A stretch of 62,923 nt of DNA, the filler included, from Octopus bimaculoides (taxonomy: Eukaryota), in assembly GCF_001194135.2 (NCBI RefSeq). It is 5 parts of 5 records of this genome, joined end to end, with 100 filler letters (N's around TTAATTAATTAA, not from the genome) between each part and the next. Parts side by side here need not be neighbours in the genome. Positions count along the whole stretch, not along the records: positions 1 to 26,446 come from NC_068992.1; 4 more parts are not named here. The stretch is one strand, 5' to 3'. Both the position numbers and the translations under genes were made by a program. Every line of letters begins with the position of its first letter. Position 1 is the first letter of the stretch. The notes below the pieces were generated by a model. It was not told the origin of the DNA, did no database searches, and saw only the letters and a program-made list of their open reading frames with translations. Below are positions 1-13,900 of the stretch, in pieces.

Positions 1-82
1 TATATATATATATATATATATATATGCAAGTATAACATACTCGCACAATGAAGGGACGTGTGTTAGTGTCTAGTGTATACAG

Positions 83-340
83 CTGGTGATGATCAGGGCT
101 TGACATCGATATCTGGCAGCGCGTTGTGTCCTTGACAAAGGTACTGTTTTACGTTGCTTCAATCTACTCAACTGGCAGTAATGAGTAGCACCTGTGTTTT
201 CAAGGCCAGTTTTGTCATATTCCGTGTCATTCTGAATTTGCATGGGAACTACGTCATGGTTACGCATGTCTGCGGGGAGCGAAGAAAACTGTCTCTTTCA
301 TTGATCGGAACGACGGGAACTCTCACAGTTGTGATATAAT
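83..340 (+). mobile_element. Degenerate tRNA-derived SINE with CORE/V-like central domain
   Basis: GTTGTGTCCTTGACAAAGGTACTG...CAATCTACTCAACTGGCAGTAATGAGTA resembles the central block of the SINE at 57893-58198; 3' TTGATCGGAACGACGGGAACTCTC resembles the 3' end of the SINE at 40551-40932. Confidence 0.5.
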
Positions 341-455
341 GCCAGTTATTTACGTATAGACAGGCAGAATAGTCAAGTATCACAGGTTTTGTGTCTGGGA
401 GACTGGTTTTTCGGCGTTCAACAATTGAACAAGAACCTTTCTTCTGGCCAAATTC

Positions 456-540
456 TTCAATAGTCTTGACTCTGTCCGTTATTCACGTTGCGTTCTGTGA
501 GAACGCAACGTGAATAACGGATAGAGTGAAGACTATTGAA
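456..540. repeat. Near-perfect inverted repeat (41-bp arms, 3-nt loop)
   Basis: 456-496 TTCAATAGTCTTGACTCTGTCCGTTATTCACGTTGCGTTCT is the reverse complement of 500-540 except at 468/528 and 474/522; loop GTG at 497-499. Confidence 0.95.
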
Positions 541-3500
541 AAGGTTGCAAGACGCAACGAACATTTTAGGAATATAAAAATAATAAGTGGAAATTTAAAC
601 GGTGAGTGTGTTAAATTTTAAGGCACGATAAGAAAATGACTCTCCCCAGACACAACAGAATATTATCATACAAATATTTAGTTTAATATTACGCATGTGC
701 AATGTGATATAATATAATATAATATAATATAATATATAATATGCGTGTGTGCATGTGTATGCCTGTTAGTATGTATGTATGTGTATACTATGTATTTTGC
801 ATTTTATATTTCCAATTTTCAGTCAAAATTTGGAGATAGAAACAGGAAATCCTTAGAAGAATGTTGAAATAACGGAAAATAAAATAAGAAAACATTTGAT
901 TCATTACACATAAATAATGGCTTGATATGAAAAAGTTCTAAACATACGTTTAGATTCTCGGTGGCGGGAAGTGAAAGACATTGAATAAAATGTCAACGAT
1001 ATTCGTAAGACTCTTTTATAAATTTATAATTACTGGAAAAGCAAAAGACTTACGACAAGAAAGAGCGAGAGAGAGAGAAACAAGGAAAAGAAGTAACGAC
1101 TGGAAATAGCATTGAATTTTTAATTCCTCAACCTATTATGGAGTTTCCGTTAAGTATAAATCCACCGAACCAACAATAATACTGTTAGAAATTTAACTTC
1201 AACAATACATTTTCTTTCCTTTTTTCCTCTCACTACACTTTCCTTTCTTCCTGTCTTACTCTTTCTGTCTTTCATTCTATTCATTTCTTATCTCTGCTTT
1301 TATGTCGTATTTCTTTTTTTTTTCTTCTTCTATGTAATCTTTTATTATCAATCTCATAATTCGTTTGTTGGTGGTCTTCCTTTTTATCTTTCTGACCTTT
1401 TTATTCATTTGCTCCTTTTGCTTTCTTTCTCTCAGTCACTCGCAATAGTTTTCTTTCATTATTTTCTTGCGTTGCAGGAGGCGACTTCAAATCTGTATAA
1501 TATATGTGACAACTGAAGCGTCATATTACTTGAAGACATTTAAGATTACAAAGGTTTTTCTACTTCATCATTCTTCAGTTATTTATTCCTCAAAATCTTA
1601 GAATTTTTCTTTCTATTACATTTCATATTGACGACATCGGGGAAGAAAGATGAGATGAGGCAGTTTATAAAGAGGCAACACACGACATCCACACTTCCCT
1701 CTAGAGACTGCTAGACCACATAGAACTAACGATAGCCAACTAGAACAAAGCTTAATTTTTTTACGCTTACGCAGACACACGTATATTTGATGCACACACA
1801 CGCAACAAGATGCAGTCTCACAAAAACGCGCATTTAAACAGACATACAGACTTATATACTGTTAACACAAATGTACAGATATGTATTGTTTGCTGTGAAC
1901 AAAGGTGATCTATATACCCCCCGTCACATTTTTTGTATTACTTTAATAGTTATATTTATTATATTTCCCCAAACAACGCAACAGAATGTAAATAAGTGAA
2001 TATATATACATACATATATNNNNNNNNNNATATATATATATATACCTCCATACATGCAAGCAAACATAATTTTACACGCACACACAGACACACACACACA
2101 CACAGAGGCATATGAATGTGCATCCTGGGGTAAATCCAAGGGTCACAATTAGAAAGCTTACAGAACTACATGTGTTGCTGTCTTCGTATCTCTATATATC
2201 AGCATATTCTAGTGTGTTGTTATTAGACCTGTTGCTGTTAGTATTATATTTTCCTCGTTATATTTTAATATTTGTAACAAAAAAGTATAGCATCCATTTT
2301 AATGAATATCTTTTAGTTCCTATCACAGTCACCTCCACAGACCTATTTACATGTGTTGAACGTTATCACATGATAGTTCACGTTTTATGCTAAACTCTAT
2401 CAAATCAAAATAAGTATAATTATTTTCTTTTATAAGATATTGAATGTTCTCAATAACATTTTCATTCTTCCTTTAAAACTTGTCCGGGAATTGAGAGGTG
2501 AAAGTCGGAGTTAACCACAATGAAAATACAATCAGTCATACATTCGCCACAACGCAGTTCATACCATCGCACACATCGACATATATGTGTGCATGTGTGT
2601 GTGTATGTGCGCGCGCGCGATTGTGTGTGTGAGTGTGTCTGTGTATGCATGTGTGTGAAGGTATGCGTGTATGTGCACACGAACACACACACACGCACTG
2701 AAATGTATGAGTTTGTGTTTGTCTTTTATAATACCATTATTCCTTTAGGAAAGGACAGCCTCGGTAGTTATTCCCTTATTTAGTATCAAATACCCATGGG
2801 TTAAGTTCTTCAGTTAAGTAATTTCAATTACATTTGTGATTGAAGAAACGTATTAAGCATTGTGCTTCATCGACTGAATAATATTTGAAAGTATGGTATA
2901 GATGGGTTTTCATTAGAGATAACGAGATAAAAGCAAGTGGGAGAAGTGATTTCAAATGCCGCAGTTCACACGAGGATTACAAAGAAACTGTTTTGTAGAA
3001 AGACCATATTTATCTGGAATAATGTGTTTACATATCCTTTAAATTATAGAAAATATAAGTAAAATTAGGTTCGTCGAGTAATAACGTAATTTGCGAATAG
3101 TAATTCACAGGAAACGAAGGGTTGGCGGCTGACATAAATAGTATGGACAAAGTTACAAAATGCTGCTATGCAGAAAGCATTTATTTGAAGAGACACTAGG
3201 GATCATATATAAACAGGCATATAGCCACCGATATATTTCCTGATTCATCAGTGACTAGAAACTAAAATTCTACATTTCTTTCTTTTTTTAAAGTAATATT
3301 GTGTAGGTCTTAAACAGGAAGAGTTGTTCTTTGCAGCACGCGGAGAGTCACTGTTTCAGATTGAAACTTACATTTAGAAACTACTTCTCAAAATCAGACA
3401 AAAAAGTTATTTATTTATTTGTGAGTCTATTGTTCGTTATACTAGTCTATGGTTATATTTTTGTAGTCCACTCGTAGATAAATTATGCTAACTTTATATT

Positions 3501-3699
3501 TTATATTTGAATATATTATTTTCTATTAGCATATATTAATTTTCAATTTGCATATGTAATTTTTTTGTTTTTTGGCGTCTTAATCATGGACGCGGTAATG
3601 GATTTGTTTTCTTCTCGGAAGGCGTAGAATTCTCACATAACATATGATTAAAAGAATTTGCTTACGTCTTCTGCCCTTGCTAAATATTGTATTTAGAGA

Positions 3700-4080
3700 T
3701 TTGCGATCTTATGGCATCCACCTGACATACACTTGTTCTCTTTTCTTGCATTTACGATTCTACTTGTGCAAATATGAGAAATTACAATTGTCAAGCGTCT
3801 GCTAGTTTTGTTACGAAAGATCTCGGCCATGTTAATAACTCTTGCTGCTGACATTTTATCCAATTTTTCTCTTACAGATGATGTTGCATTGATTTTCTAT
3901 TTAATTTTCAACTACTTGATAAAATCGAACCGTTTACGTTCTTCATCGAACCGCTGTCGCTTTTAATCCCTATGGATTCTTTGAGATTTAGCAAGGATCA
4001 ATTGTTTCATGCGTTGTTTCAGTTCTGCTATTTCTTCTTGTATGATTTATTTGTGTAATTCTTGTTTCCATTTTTAGTCA
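3700..4080 (-). mobile_element. Highly degenerate R4/Dong-like non-LTR retrotransposon fragment (pre-RT region)
   Basis: Minus-strand translation EEIAELKQRMKQLILAKSQRIHRD*KRQRF parallels KEIVKQRIQLKAQRLRRRSNRIKF in the clearer copy at 10523-10837; contains stops and frameshifts. Confidence 0.4.
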
Positions 4081-4969
4081 TGTCTTTTCGCTATTGATTA
4101 TATCAAGGAATCAGAGATATTTTCTGTTGTTTTCTAACAAGTCTCCATGTCACGTTTTCACCTTTGTTTAGATTTTGACTTTACAATGGTGTGCAAACTT
4201 TTCTCTGAAACTAACATGGCCGCTGTATATATTTCTTCATTTTTCACTTGGCTCTACTGACTTCCACTCAATCTCTTAATATATAACAACGAAGTTCCAA
4301 GTTACCGTTTATTTTATTATTGATTGTCGGTTCACAGAAAGATTTTCAAACATTTTTATCCCACTTAAATTATGATAATCATATTTTCTATTCTTAGTAT
4401 ATACTATCCTCAATTTTTTTCTCGTATTCACATTTTTTGATTATTTCCGGCATACATTGCAAGAATAATTTCGTATTTTCATTTTGTTAGTAGTATGTGT
4501 CTTTAAAATAAGCATATATAACAGAAATATATTATGTTTTCAAAATTTTACTATATAATACGTTTTAAATATAACTATCTTTCCTTTTTTTGTGGGGGCG
4601 AATTTAATGAGTTTAGTTTTGACATCAAACGTGTCCTGTTAGTTTGTTGACGAATGTCGATCAATGTCAATATTATAACTCATTAATGATATGTTGTGAA
4701 GATCAATAAAATTAACAAGACTTCCTGTTTATCCACTTTCCGATAACCCTGGGGAAAATAAAAGAATTCCTTATATTATAGGATTGAATCCAATAACAGT
4801 AAGAGCAACTGAAAAATTCCATGCGACATTTTTTCTGGCTATTTCTGTGTTGATCAAATCCCACCGCAACTAGCTTTGCTTTTCTTTCTTCTGAAGTACT
4901 GGGGTCAGTGGTATTGATTCATCTATTGCTTCAAAAGTTGTTGGCTTTGCACCTAAATCCGTACCGGCA

Positions 4970-5105
4970 GGAATCATTAGCCATTATTTCTTCCAGCATC
5001 AAATTCTGGGTTGAAATACCAACGAGGACGACCTTGCCTACCATCCTTTCAAGGTTGATAAAATGAAGTACCAGTTGAGAAATTGGGTCGATGTAATTAA
5101 AATGC
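4970..5105 (+). mobile_element. Degenerate SINE family A copy
   Basis: TTCTGGGTTGAAATACCAACGAGGACGACCTTGCCTACCATCCTTTCAAGGTTGATAAAATGAAGTACCAGTTG...GGGTCGATGTAAT aligns by eye to the family A copy at 48324-48550. Confidence 0.65.
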
Positions 5106-5649
5106 TCCTTCCTAAAAAAAGAGTTTCAGGCCTTCTACCTACACTAAAATGGATTATCGAACATGCATGGCCTTGTGGCAAGGGTGTTGATCTCAAGATC
5201 ATGAGCTTGTGAGTTCTTGACCAAAATGCTTCATCTCATGTCGATCTGCAATCACTTCGACACCTGGCAAGTGGTACACCTGTTGCATGTGTTCGGAAAA
5301 CAGTGTGCTGATGGAGGAGGGACAGGTGAGCTAATGTAAAGCACAACAAACATTTGATCCCAATAAACAAATCATTTGTGCAGGTCTTTTCGGCTAAATC
5401 TGAACACTCGCACGTCGTCTTCGATGACATGACAGTCCATCATTATCATAATAATAATGATAATAATCATTATTATTGCTGTTGTTGTTGTTTTTGTTGG
5501 AGGATGGTGTTTTGTTGCTATTATTTGCATTATTGTTGCTTTGTTTTATACGAGTTGTTACAAGTTTCACTCAGATATGTTTTACTACCGGTGTCATTTA
5601 CGATTCGCCATATCTTATGGTACGCAATGGAAAATAAACTGTGAGCGAT

Positions 5650-6092
5650 CAGATTCTGTTCCACTTGCACTTTGACAGTTTTGAAAGAGTTTTAAGAGAA
5701 TCAGATATTTTCAAGTTGACAATGTTTTTCTTAGGATGTGGCAAGTAATAGCGGGAGCATATTTTTCTTTCTGTAGTTCTGATACTTTTAGGTTTTCTGG
5801 CATTTGACTTTTGTGTTCCAGAGCAACATTTAGTATTTTCCCCAAACCTCTCATCATCATTCTTATGCATGGTACCATATGCTAGATTGTTGTAACCTCT
5901 ATTTCGAAGTCCTTATGTGTGCTTAACTTTACAAATGCCTTTACAGAAGCGTCCCAGTCAGTCGAGGTTCGCATTCTCATGAACAGACATCTCTACTCAA
6001 CGTCTGTGATCCTGCAGGTTCCGATATCACAGTTCAGACTTAAGGCGGCGTATGATCCAGTTCAAATATTGGCCAAGTCTATGATGGCGATG
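5650..6092 (-). mobile_element. R4/Dong-like retrotransposon 3' fragment (zinc knuckle tail to RLE C-terminus)
   Basis: Minus-strand pieces HRHHRLGQYLNWII, KDFEIEVT and CHILRKTLST* (stop at 5711-5713) match RHDRLG*YIH at 43.4 kb and KDLEIEVTRMW...AHILRKTLSIQ* at 44433-44636. The 5' end abuts (GAA)n. Confidence 0.75.
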
Positions 6093-6226
6093 CTTCTTCT
6101 TCTTCTTCTTCTTCTTCTTCTTCTTCTTCTTCTTCTTCTTCTTCTTCTTCTTCTTCTTCTTCTTCTTCTTCTTCTTCTTCTTCTTCTTCTTCTTCTTCTT
6201 CTTCTTCTTCTTCTTCTTCTTCTTCT
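6093..6226. repeat. (CTT)n/(GAA)n microsatellite
   Basis: Pure trinucleotide run; explains the poly-L/R/E ORFs in the track. Confidence 0.99.
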
Positions 6227-9200
6227 GTTTGACGCCTTAACAATGCTTCTGAACCATGCGGAAAATGAAATATATGATACAATAGAACTGTTAGTAGTGT
6301 TTATGTTGCAAGAACAGTAAACATAGTGACACACTATCCTAGATAATCTGTGAGAAGAAGCATACAGGATGCAGTCATTAATATTGCTACATTGCAACAA
6401 TGATACTTGTAAATTAAACGGATGACACATGCACAATGGACGCTAGTCGTATGACTTTGTTGTGTACGTGGTAGTGTAGTATGTAAGAGATCGCAGAAAC
6501 GTCAACGTAGCCAGCCGTGAGCAATGTATAGAGACGTATTCGATCGGAACCTATCAATTTCTACTACTAACGTGATTAACGTTTTTTCGTTACAGCTGCA
6601 TTACCATTGCAACTGGAAAACGTTTTGAAAACGAGGAATTTCTCGTTAAAGAAGATTAGAATCACTAACATAAAAGAAAAGAGTGAAGGCCATATTAAAA
6701 TAGAGAATTGATACATTAAATACCGAAGCAAGTAAGATCGGTAAGGAGATAATGCTTCCATGATAATTAGGAAGAATGTGTGTCATGTGATGCGTAAGTA
6801 AAAGATAACCGACTAAGAAACATGACTTGAAACATTAGAAGGGAAAGATTAACCAATATCCGTATTAAATTATAGTAAAAACAGAACCGAAAAAAAGACA
6901 AAAACAAGATAAAACTTGACGATGAACGAAGAATGTTCTTCACAATTACATGTTTGAAAGTATCTGATCCATCGTTGTGTGCGACGATATGTCATAACAT
7001 CATAGTTGCATATCTATTACTTAGCAAAATAGAAAACAAAATTGTTGAAAAAATCCATTCTGGTTTTGATAATCTTTATTAGGTTGGATCGTTAAAACGC
7101 CTACTTCGGTATACAATATACTTAATAAAATTGGAAACGATACAACTATCTCGGACCGCCCACTACGTACTCTGGTACTCCACGTACTTCTCTTTACTTT
7201 TAGTGACTACGTTATTCCATTCGTCAGGTGGGAGTAACCATTATTACTAATTATCTACAACAAATATATGTACAACAATAATCACAGCTGAGTTCCCCTA
7301 CACAAAATAAATTTCGTCATCCCAAGTCATTACCTAAAATGATTTGAGGATTTGGGAATCAGAAAATGAAAATATGATAGCGTTATAAAAAATACTGAAT
7401 AACTGTGTATGACTGGTACGTATTTGGATGTGAGCTATGGAAAAATAAAAAAAATAAAGAACACAATTAGAAAGCAATTAAAAGCGGAATCAAAGAGATT
7501 TAATGTAAACAAATAAAAAGGAAAAACAACAAAAGGATCAATCAGGTTTGACCTGCAAAATATTGATTTGATCAGTAATAACAGAAGCAGATCTAAAGAA
7601 AACAGACACAATATCGACATGAAAATGACCATCTGATAGAAATGGTGACAATCATATAACAAAAAAAGAGAGACAAGAGTCAAGATGTTTTCTTCCTATG
7701 TCAAAACAATATACGCACTTAGGAGAAAACAACAAAAGCAATGGAAATCATAGACAGACTGGTCAAAACATCTATATTATTAGAAAGAAACATCTCGCCT
7801 CAATGAAAACCGCAAATCGAAGTGGACGTCTCCTCAAAATCTCCATCCGAGCGAATTCTTACCCACGCAAATGTTGTAATGGAATATTTTTATTGGTGTA
7901 TGACAGATATCAACCTTTATTTACTTACGTCGAACGCACAAATTGTTTACTGACCAAATTTCCGATATCAGGGGGGGGGGGAGAAATGTGGTTTTCTGTC
8001 TCGTACACAACAAAGATTTGGATGGACATCCATTGAACGTTTTCAGACTTTTTCACGACAGTCATTTATTTATTTCAAACAAGTACAAACCTCCAATTTC
8101 CCTCACAGTCGGATCCTTTAACTTCGTTGCTATTGTTACAGCACTCCAGTTACTTCTTGAAGGGTCAATGGAAGTGCTCCAAAGTGAAGATGTCTAGGAG
8201 CCTTGTCATAACCTCCTTCATCTTCAAAACGACTTCCCAGTTTCTCCGTCAACTTAACGAACATTCAACAGTCATTCGGGGCAGCACCTTACCAAAATTC
8301 ATGGACAAGGGTGATTATTTTTACAAAAAATAAACAACTTACATAATTCTAGATAAGGACTCGATTCCATAAATAGAAGTTTCGTTACAACTGTAGCTGA
8401 AACTGCTGTGCAAACGTTTGAGAATTGATTATCAGAAACCTTTTAACAAAGTTGCTTCCCGGCTGATTGTCGCAATAATCACTCCGGAACTCAACCATGC
8501 CATAAATACATATCATGCAATCAAATATAGACCTAGTACTATCAGAAGAGTAATATCCCAAGATGACTTTCACTCTGTGGCTCTCTCTTCGGTTCTCATC
8601 TTTCAGTTGGTGACTGAAAATGTTGCCGATGCCAGTATTATTGGACGACAATCAACCCTATGAAAATATAGTGATAAATGAATCAGAACGCTGCAGATGA
8701 AAGGAAATATCTATAACAAGCGAATGCACCCATCTAACGATTTTGAATGGTTAAGTAACACACACACTTTTACTTCTGAGTAAATTGAATATATCTACTC
8801 AACTACACCCTTTAAACTGAAGCTCAAAATTCTGTTCATTCTTCTTTTACTGTTGTCAGTTATATGGACTAGATAGTTAAATTACTTTCATACCCAGAGC
8901 TATCCAACAAACTCATTCACCATCTTCGCTCATCAAGATTAAGTCTTAAAACTGAGACTCCCCATCGACGGTTTTCTTTGACTGTAATTGATGAAAAATC
9001 ACTTCCAACCACCTTGTTTCTTATATGACCTACTGCTGCTCAAACGAAAAGCAACCCATATTCATCCATATAGTGTAAGCGTGTCTACGACGAATTTGCT
9101 TAGTGGATAATTTGAATAATTTATGAAATACTCTGTAGATGAGAAAAGAACTAATAAAGATTTAGAGGAATTGAAATCAAGGCTAAGAAATGATTGGGAA

Positions 9201-10242
9201 ACGTGTAGAAAAATTGAAAGTATGTAGGACATGATAGTAATATTTGGAAGCAAATTACATAATTATATAACCATATTTAATTAATATTGGAAAACAGGCA
9301 GTATTCTAAACATTAAAAAATTCTAAGATTATCCTCGTAAAAGGACGCGAATGTACGCAGTAGAAAGGCGGATGTAAGAATATGAGGACGTGGATATCAT
9401 GACAAGAAAAAACTGAATAAACTATAACAAACTAATACAGATAAACAGAATCTAAGTTGCTAGGCAAGAATGGATGAAGAACGACGTGGAAGGTGGCGTG
9501 AAAGGAGCTACAATACTCACTACAAAATGGTATAGGGTACGGCAAGCAGTTTTTGATATGAAGAGGTAAGCAATAGAGAAAGGTCACGTGATAAAAGCTG
9601 ATCATTTCTATTTATTATCAGAAACAATTTAAAATACGCCTTNNNNNNNNNNNNNNNNNNNNNNNNNNNNNNNNNNNNNNNNNNNNNNNNNNNNNNNNNN
9701 NNNNNNNNNNNNNNNNNNNNNNNNNNNNNNNNNNNNNNNNNNNNNNNNNNNNNNNNNNNNNNNNNNNNNNNNNNNNNNNNNNNNNNNNNNNNNNNNNNNN
9801 NNNNNNNNNNNNNNNNNNNNNNNNNNNNNNNNNNNNNNNNNNNNNNNNNNNNNNNNNNNNNNNNNNNNNNNNNNNNNNNNNNNNNNNNNNNNNNNNNNNN
9901 NNNNNNNNNNNNNNNNNNNNNNNNNNNNNNNNNNNNNNNNNNNNNNNNNNNNNNNNNNNNNNNNNNNNNNNNNNNNNNNNNNNNNNNNNNNNNNNNNNNN
10001 NNNNNNNNNNNNNNNNNNNNNNNNNNNNNNNNNNNNNNNNNNNNNNNNNNNNNNNNNNNNNNNNNNNNNNNNNNNNNNNNNNNNNNNNNNNNNNNNNNNN
10101 NNNNNNNNNNNNNNNNNNNNNNNNNNNNNNNNNNNNNNNNTATATATATAAAACAAAAGAGGGGGGTATATTTCCACGTAGGTAAAAATAAGAAATATAG
10201 GCAAATTTGTTGCTGAAAATGGACCTAAATTTGAAAAACTTT

Positions 10243-10405
10243 AATATTTTTTGCTTATCAATGGTAAAAATTCAGAATTGGGAATTAGAAAAACATGTTT
10301 AAATTTGTCTGTTATGAACATTTCAACTTGTCAACATTGAAACTTTTAAATATGTCTTTCTAATTCTTAATTGTAAACTTTTACCATTGATAAGCAAAAG
10401 ATATT
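10243..10405. repeat. Imperfect inverted repeat, MITE-like (~61-bp arms)
   Basis: AATATTTTTTGCTTATCAATGGTAAAAATTCAGAATTGGGAATTAGAAAAACATGTTTAAA versus the reverse complement of ~10345-10405; 8 mismatches, mostly transitions. Confidence 0.8.
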
Positions 10406-10489
10406 TACGGTGTAATCAGGAGAAATACTTGTTTCTTATATGACCTACAGTCGCCCAAACGGAAAGGAACCCATATTCATCCATAGATG

Positions 10490-10840
10490 CTCCATATCTT
10501 CTTCCAGAACTCTTCCATTTCCTCAGTCTTCAGTCTTAGGTGGCTCCTTTACTTCTATATTACATTTGCCAATTTCACAATAAAATTTCTTTGCATCCGT
10601 CTTGAATATCTTTTTTTGTCGATAAAATTTGATTCGGTTGCTACGCCTTCTAAGCCGTTGGGCTTTCAGTTGTATTCGTTGTTTCACTATTTCTTTGGTT
10701 TCAGTGAAGTTTATAAAATCTTTGATTTGATATTTTTGCTTCATTTTTCTAACTCGTTTCGTCTTAACATTTACTCTTCTAGCAAATTCATGGAGAACTA
10801 ATACATCCGCCCGCAGAGATTCGATCTCTTTTTGCATTTT
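10490..10840 (-). mobile_element. R4/Dong-like retrotransposon fragment (region upstream of RT)
   Basis: ORF 10523-10837 KQRIQLKAQRLRRRSNRIKFYRQKKIFKTDAKKFYCEIGK, then frameshifted EMEEFWKKIWS; typical of R4-clade elements. The 5' end follows (AAT)n/(GAT)n. Confidence 0.8.
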
Positions 10841-10842
10841 GT

Positions 10843-10903
10843 ATCATCATCATCATCATTATTATTCTCATTATCATTGTTATTCTCATTATCATTGTTA
10901 TTA

Positions 10904-10944
<41 letters not shown>
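10843..10944. repeat. (ATC)n/(ATT)n microsatellite
   Basis: Direct reading of the sequence. Confidence 0.95.
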
Positions 10945-10945
<1 letters not shown>

Positions 10946-13900
10946 TAAGTTAGAGAAACCTGTCAAGTATTAGATTTTTGCATCAGCAGCTAGATACAAA
11001 ATGTAGAACATGAATGCTAAAATTAACAAGCGTTGTTAATGGTAATATATTATCAACGTTAAATGATTTGGAGATTCTAAGCGTCTCAAAATATTCCTAC
11101 GTCAATCGTACTTACTGTAATGATTCTATATCACTCATTGTGTCATTAATGCAAAGGCGACAAAGAAAAAAATTGTTACCAATGATATAGTTGCATCTCT
11201 ACAATTTGGTTTGTGCAATTTTTCATCTTTTGAAACTGACTTTTCACTATGTTCGGTTTTGTTGATAATACAAACACGAATGGCATTTGATTTTAACGAC
11301 TGATATCCTGCACTAAAATGATATAGTTTCACATTCCTTTCTTTAAGACAGGTAAACGATTACAATTTCCATGAATTTTCTTCTTCAAACAGTTGACTTT
11401 TGGTGACTAGATTTATGCAAAATAACTTTGGTATATTGTGTCGCGTAGTATATTTAGTGAGAAATATATTCATTAGAACATTCTGATACAAAGTAGTGCA
11501 GTATTCTATCTGGCAATTATTTTGGGTCCACAGAAAATATTGTACTTCCAGAATTTTGATAATCCGGCCGCTTTTGGCCAAATGAAGGTCCTTCTAGCAG
11601 TCAGAAGTCATAATATCATAATTGTTTAATCATGACAATATCCAATATTCATTGTTTAGCCTGACCTTTATAGAAGATTTCAAATATCCTGCGGGATATT
11701 ATTTTAAAAACCAAGTGTAAAAGTTGCTTGCAAGCAAGTATTTTATTGAGGATTATTGTTGTTAAATCGATAAGACAGATCCTGGTCCCTTTCTCTGGAT
11801 TGCTGAAGAGGATGTTGAAGAAATCTGTTACTTGGCAGTGCATTATGTCAAATAGCAAGCAACAAGCGTGTTTTATGAGATTGATGCCAGGATTTTCTAT
11901 TTCCCAAAGTCATAAAGAAAGCAGCAAATGTGTTATTCCGATACTTTGGTATTATTACTTCTGTTATACATGAGTTCCAAATGTTTCAACTAGTTCCTCA
12001 GTTTCTGCCTTATCAATTTCATTCTGCTACCGGACATCGCCGTATGAACGATTTTAGAAATTATTGTGAAAGGTATGAATCTGAGAGTCGATTTTTTTTC
12101 CTCTAAAACTTCAACATCTTATGTTTTATTGAAAACAGGACGGGTTTTTTGTTTCTCGTTTTAACCATTCGAATGCTTGCAGTGTATTATTTTTGTGATT
12201 ACTTACGCATCTAACCTGCATAAGCAACGTACGCTAGTTGATTCTTCTATGTTACTCTTTGACGTATTGTACATGCCTCACTACTTAGAAAATCTTCTCT
12301 ATAGCTTTTCCTTATCTTTCAATTCGAGACCAGGTTCAGGTAATTTCTGCATTTTATGAAGCAACACACTCTTTTCAAATCAAACGTCCTTTTCTGTTGT
12401 GTTGATTCATGCTTATAAAAGTCTCTTCACACTGAAAAATATTTTCGTTCGTTATAATATACTTTGGTATCATATCATATGCAAATCCCTGGCACACTGC
12501 TGACACTTACGCATGCATACATATATATATATATATACACACATAATCACGCGTGCACACACACACGTATTAACTCTCTTTTATATAGATATATGTATGC
12601 ATGTATGTATGTATAGTGTATGTAACTATGTCTGAGTGTCTGTTGCAAAGCATGTCGAACTAGTGCTTTAGAATGCCCATCTTGCAACGCCCTGTAACTG
12701 TCCTGAACTCCATTTCAAAGATTAAGGAAAGTGACATCTTAAGCAAGGTCAATGTTGGCAAATATTGAATAGTGAATATAGTTAGCCAGGGCTACTGTTT
12801 CTCTTCAATTATTCCAACTCTTTTGAATATATATATATAAAGTCTTATGGAAGGTATTCGCTTCAAAGTACTGGAAGTTAGAAACCGATATAATATAATC
12901 AATATTAAACTCGTTAAATGTGGCGCACGAATCCGTCATTAATGAAACACAGTAACGAAATTTCAAATCCCAGTTTCTGTCATGGCTTCAATGCCTTGAT
13001 GCCATGCCATAATATAAAATCGTTTGCTCTATGGTTGAGTTCATTTATTCAGGTGGCGTTGTTTTTTCTAGTATTGTCCGCGAAAATATTTATAACTTGT
13101 ATTTACACGCAACAATGTTCATTTACATTGCTTTCTTATTTCATTTAATGCAATGAATTCGCGTATCCTTGCCTTCACATTACACCTCAAAGAATTTCTT
13201 ATTTTCACTATACAAGTTTATCATTTTCTGTTATAACATACTGGACAAAAATTACAAACCAAATGTAAAGCCTTTCTAAGACACTTGTGGAACTATGGTA
13301 GTTGCGAGCTGGATATTTAGGTTTGGGCCCGTGATATTCCCATATAATAACAAAATTATCGTATTAAGATTTCTTCGAATCACATTTATTTCCATAAAGA
13401 CATTATAGAGATTACTTCCAGATAATATTAAGCTGAGTTCCCAGAGTGTGTTTATATACGGATAGAAGTAAGAACACTATCCTTATATTTGCTTAGGTGA
13501 TCTTTTAACATGGCTGCCAATAAATTAAGAATAGCTCTACCGACCTCTGCCAAGCTCCTATCTTCTCTGATTTGTATTTCCCGTGCATGTCAATTTATGA
13601 CCATCTGTTGGCAAAAAGCTATATGGAATTTTCCAATACACTTGACACCTACACAAATTCTAGGGGACAACGATTAGCCAAAAATAGGTGAAAATCACCA
13701 GGATGTGAAATGTCGCCTGAAAGTATACAAATTTGATTTGTCATGGTTGTTCCCGTTGCAGAACCGTCACGGTTTCGAATTCATTTAACACGTGAGGCAG
13801 AATTTATGTCTTATAACAAGAAAAATGACGAAACCAATTTATTTAGAATAATAAAACAACTTACCGAAATCGACATTACTTTCAAAACAAGGTTCCAAGA

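Noticed and set aside
5919-6436. Poly-L/R/E ORFs and similar long ORFs (MYVCMYV, HTHTHT, X-rich)
   Set aside because: Read-through of microsatellites or N gaps; no coding evidence.
7698-8660. Possible GIY-YIG or transposase remnant
   Set aside because: Only a QTGQ-like word; no ordered motif set could be recovered by eye.
11649-11858. Additional Dong RLE fragment (CLIDLT), also at 13500-13610 (DMHGKY)
   Set aside because: Similarity is limited to one short word each; insufficient without a profile search.
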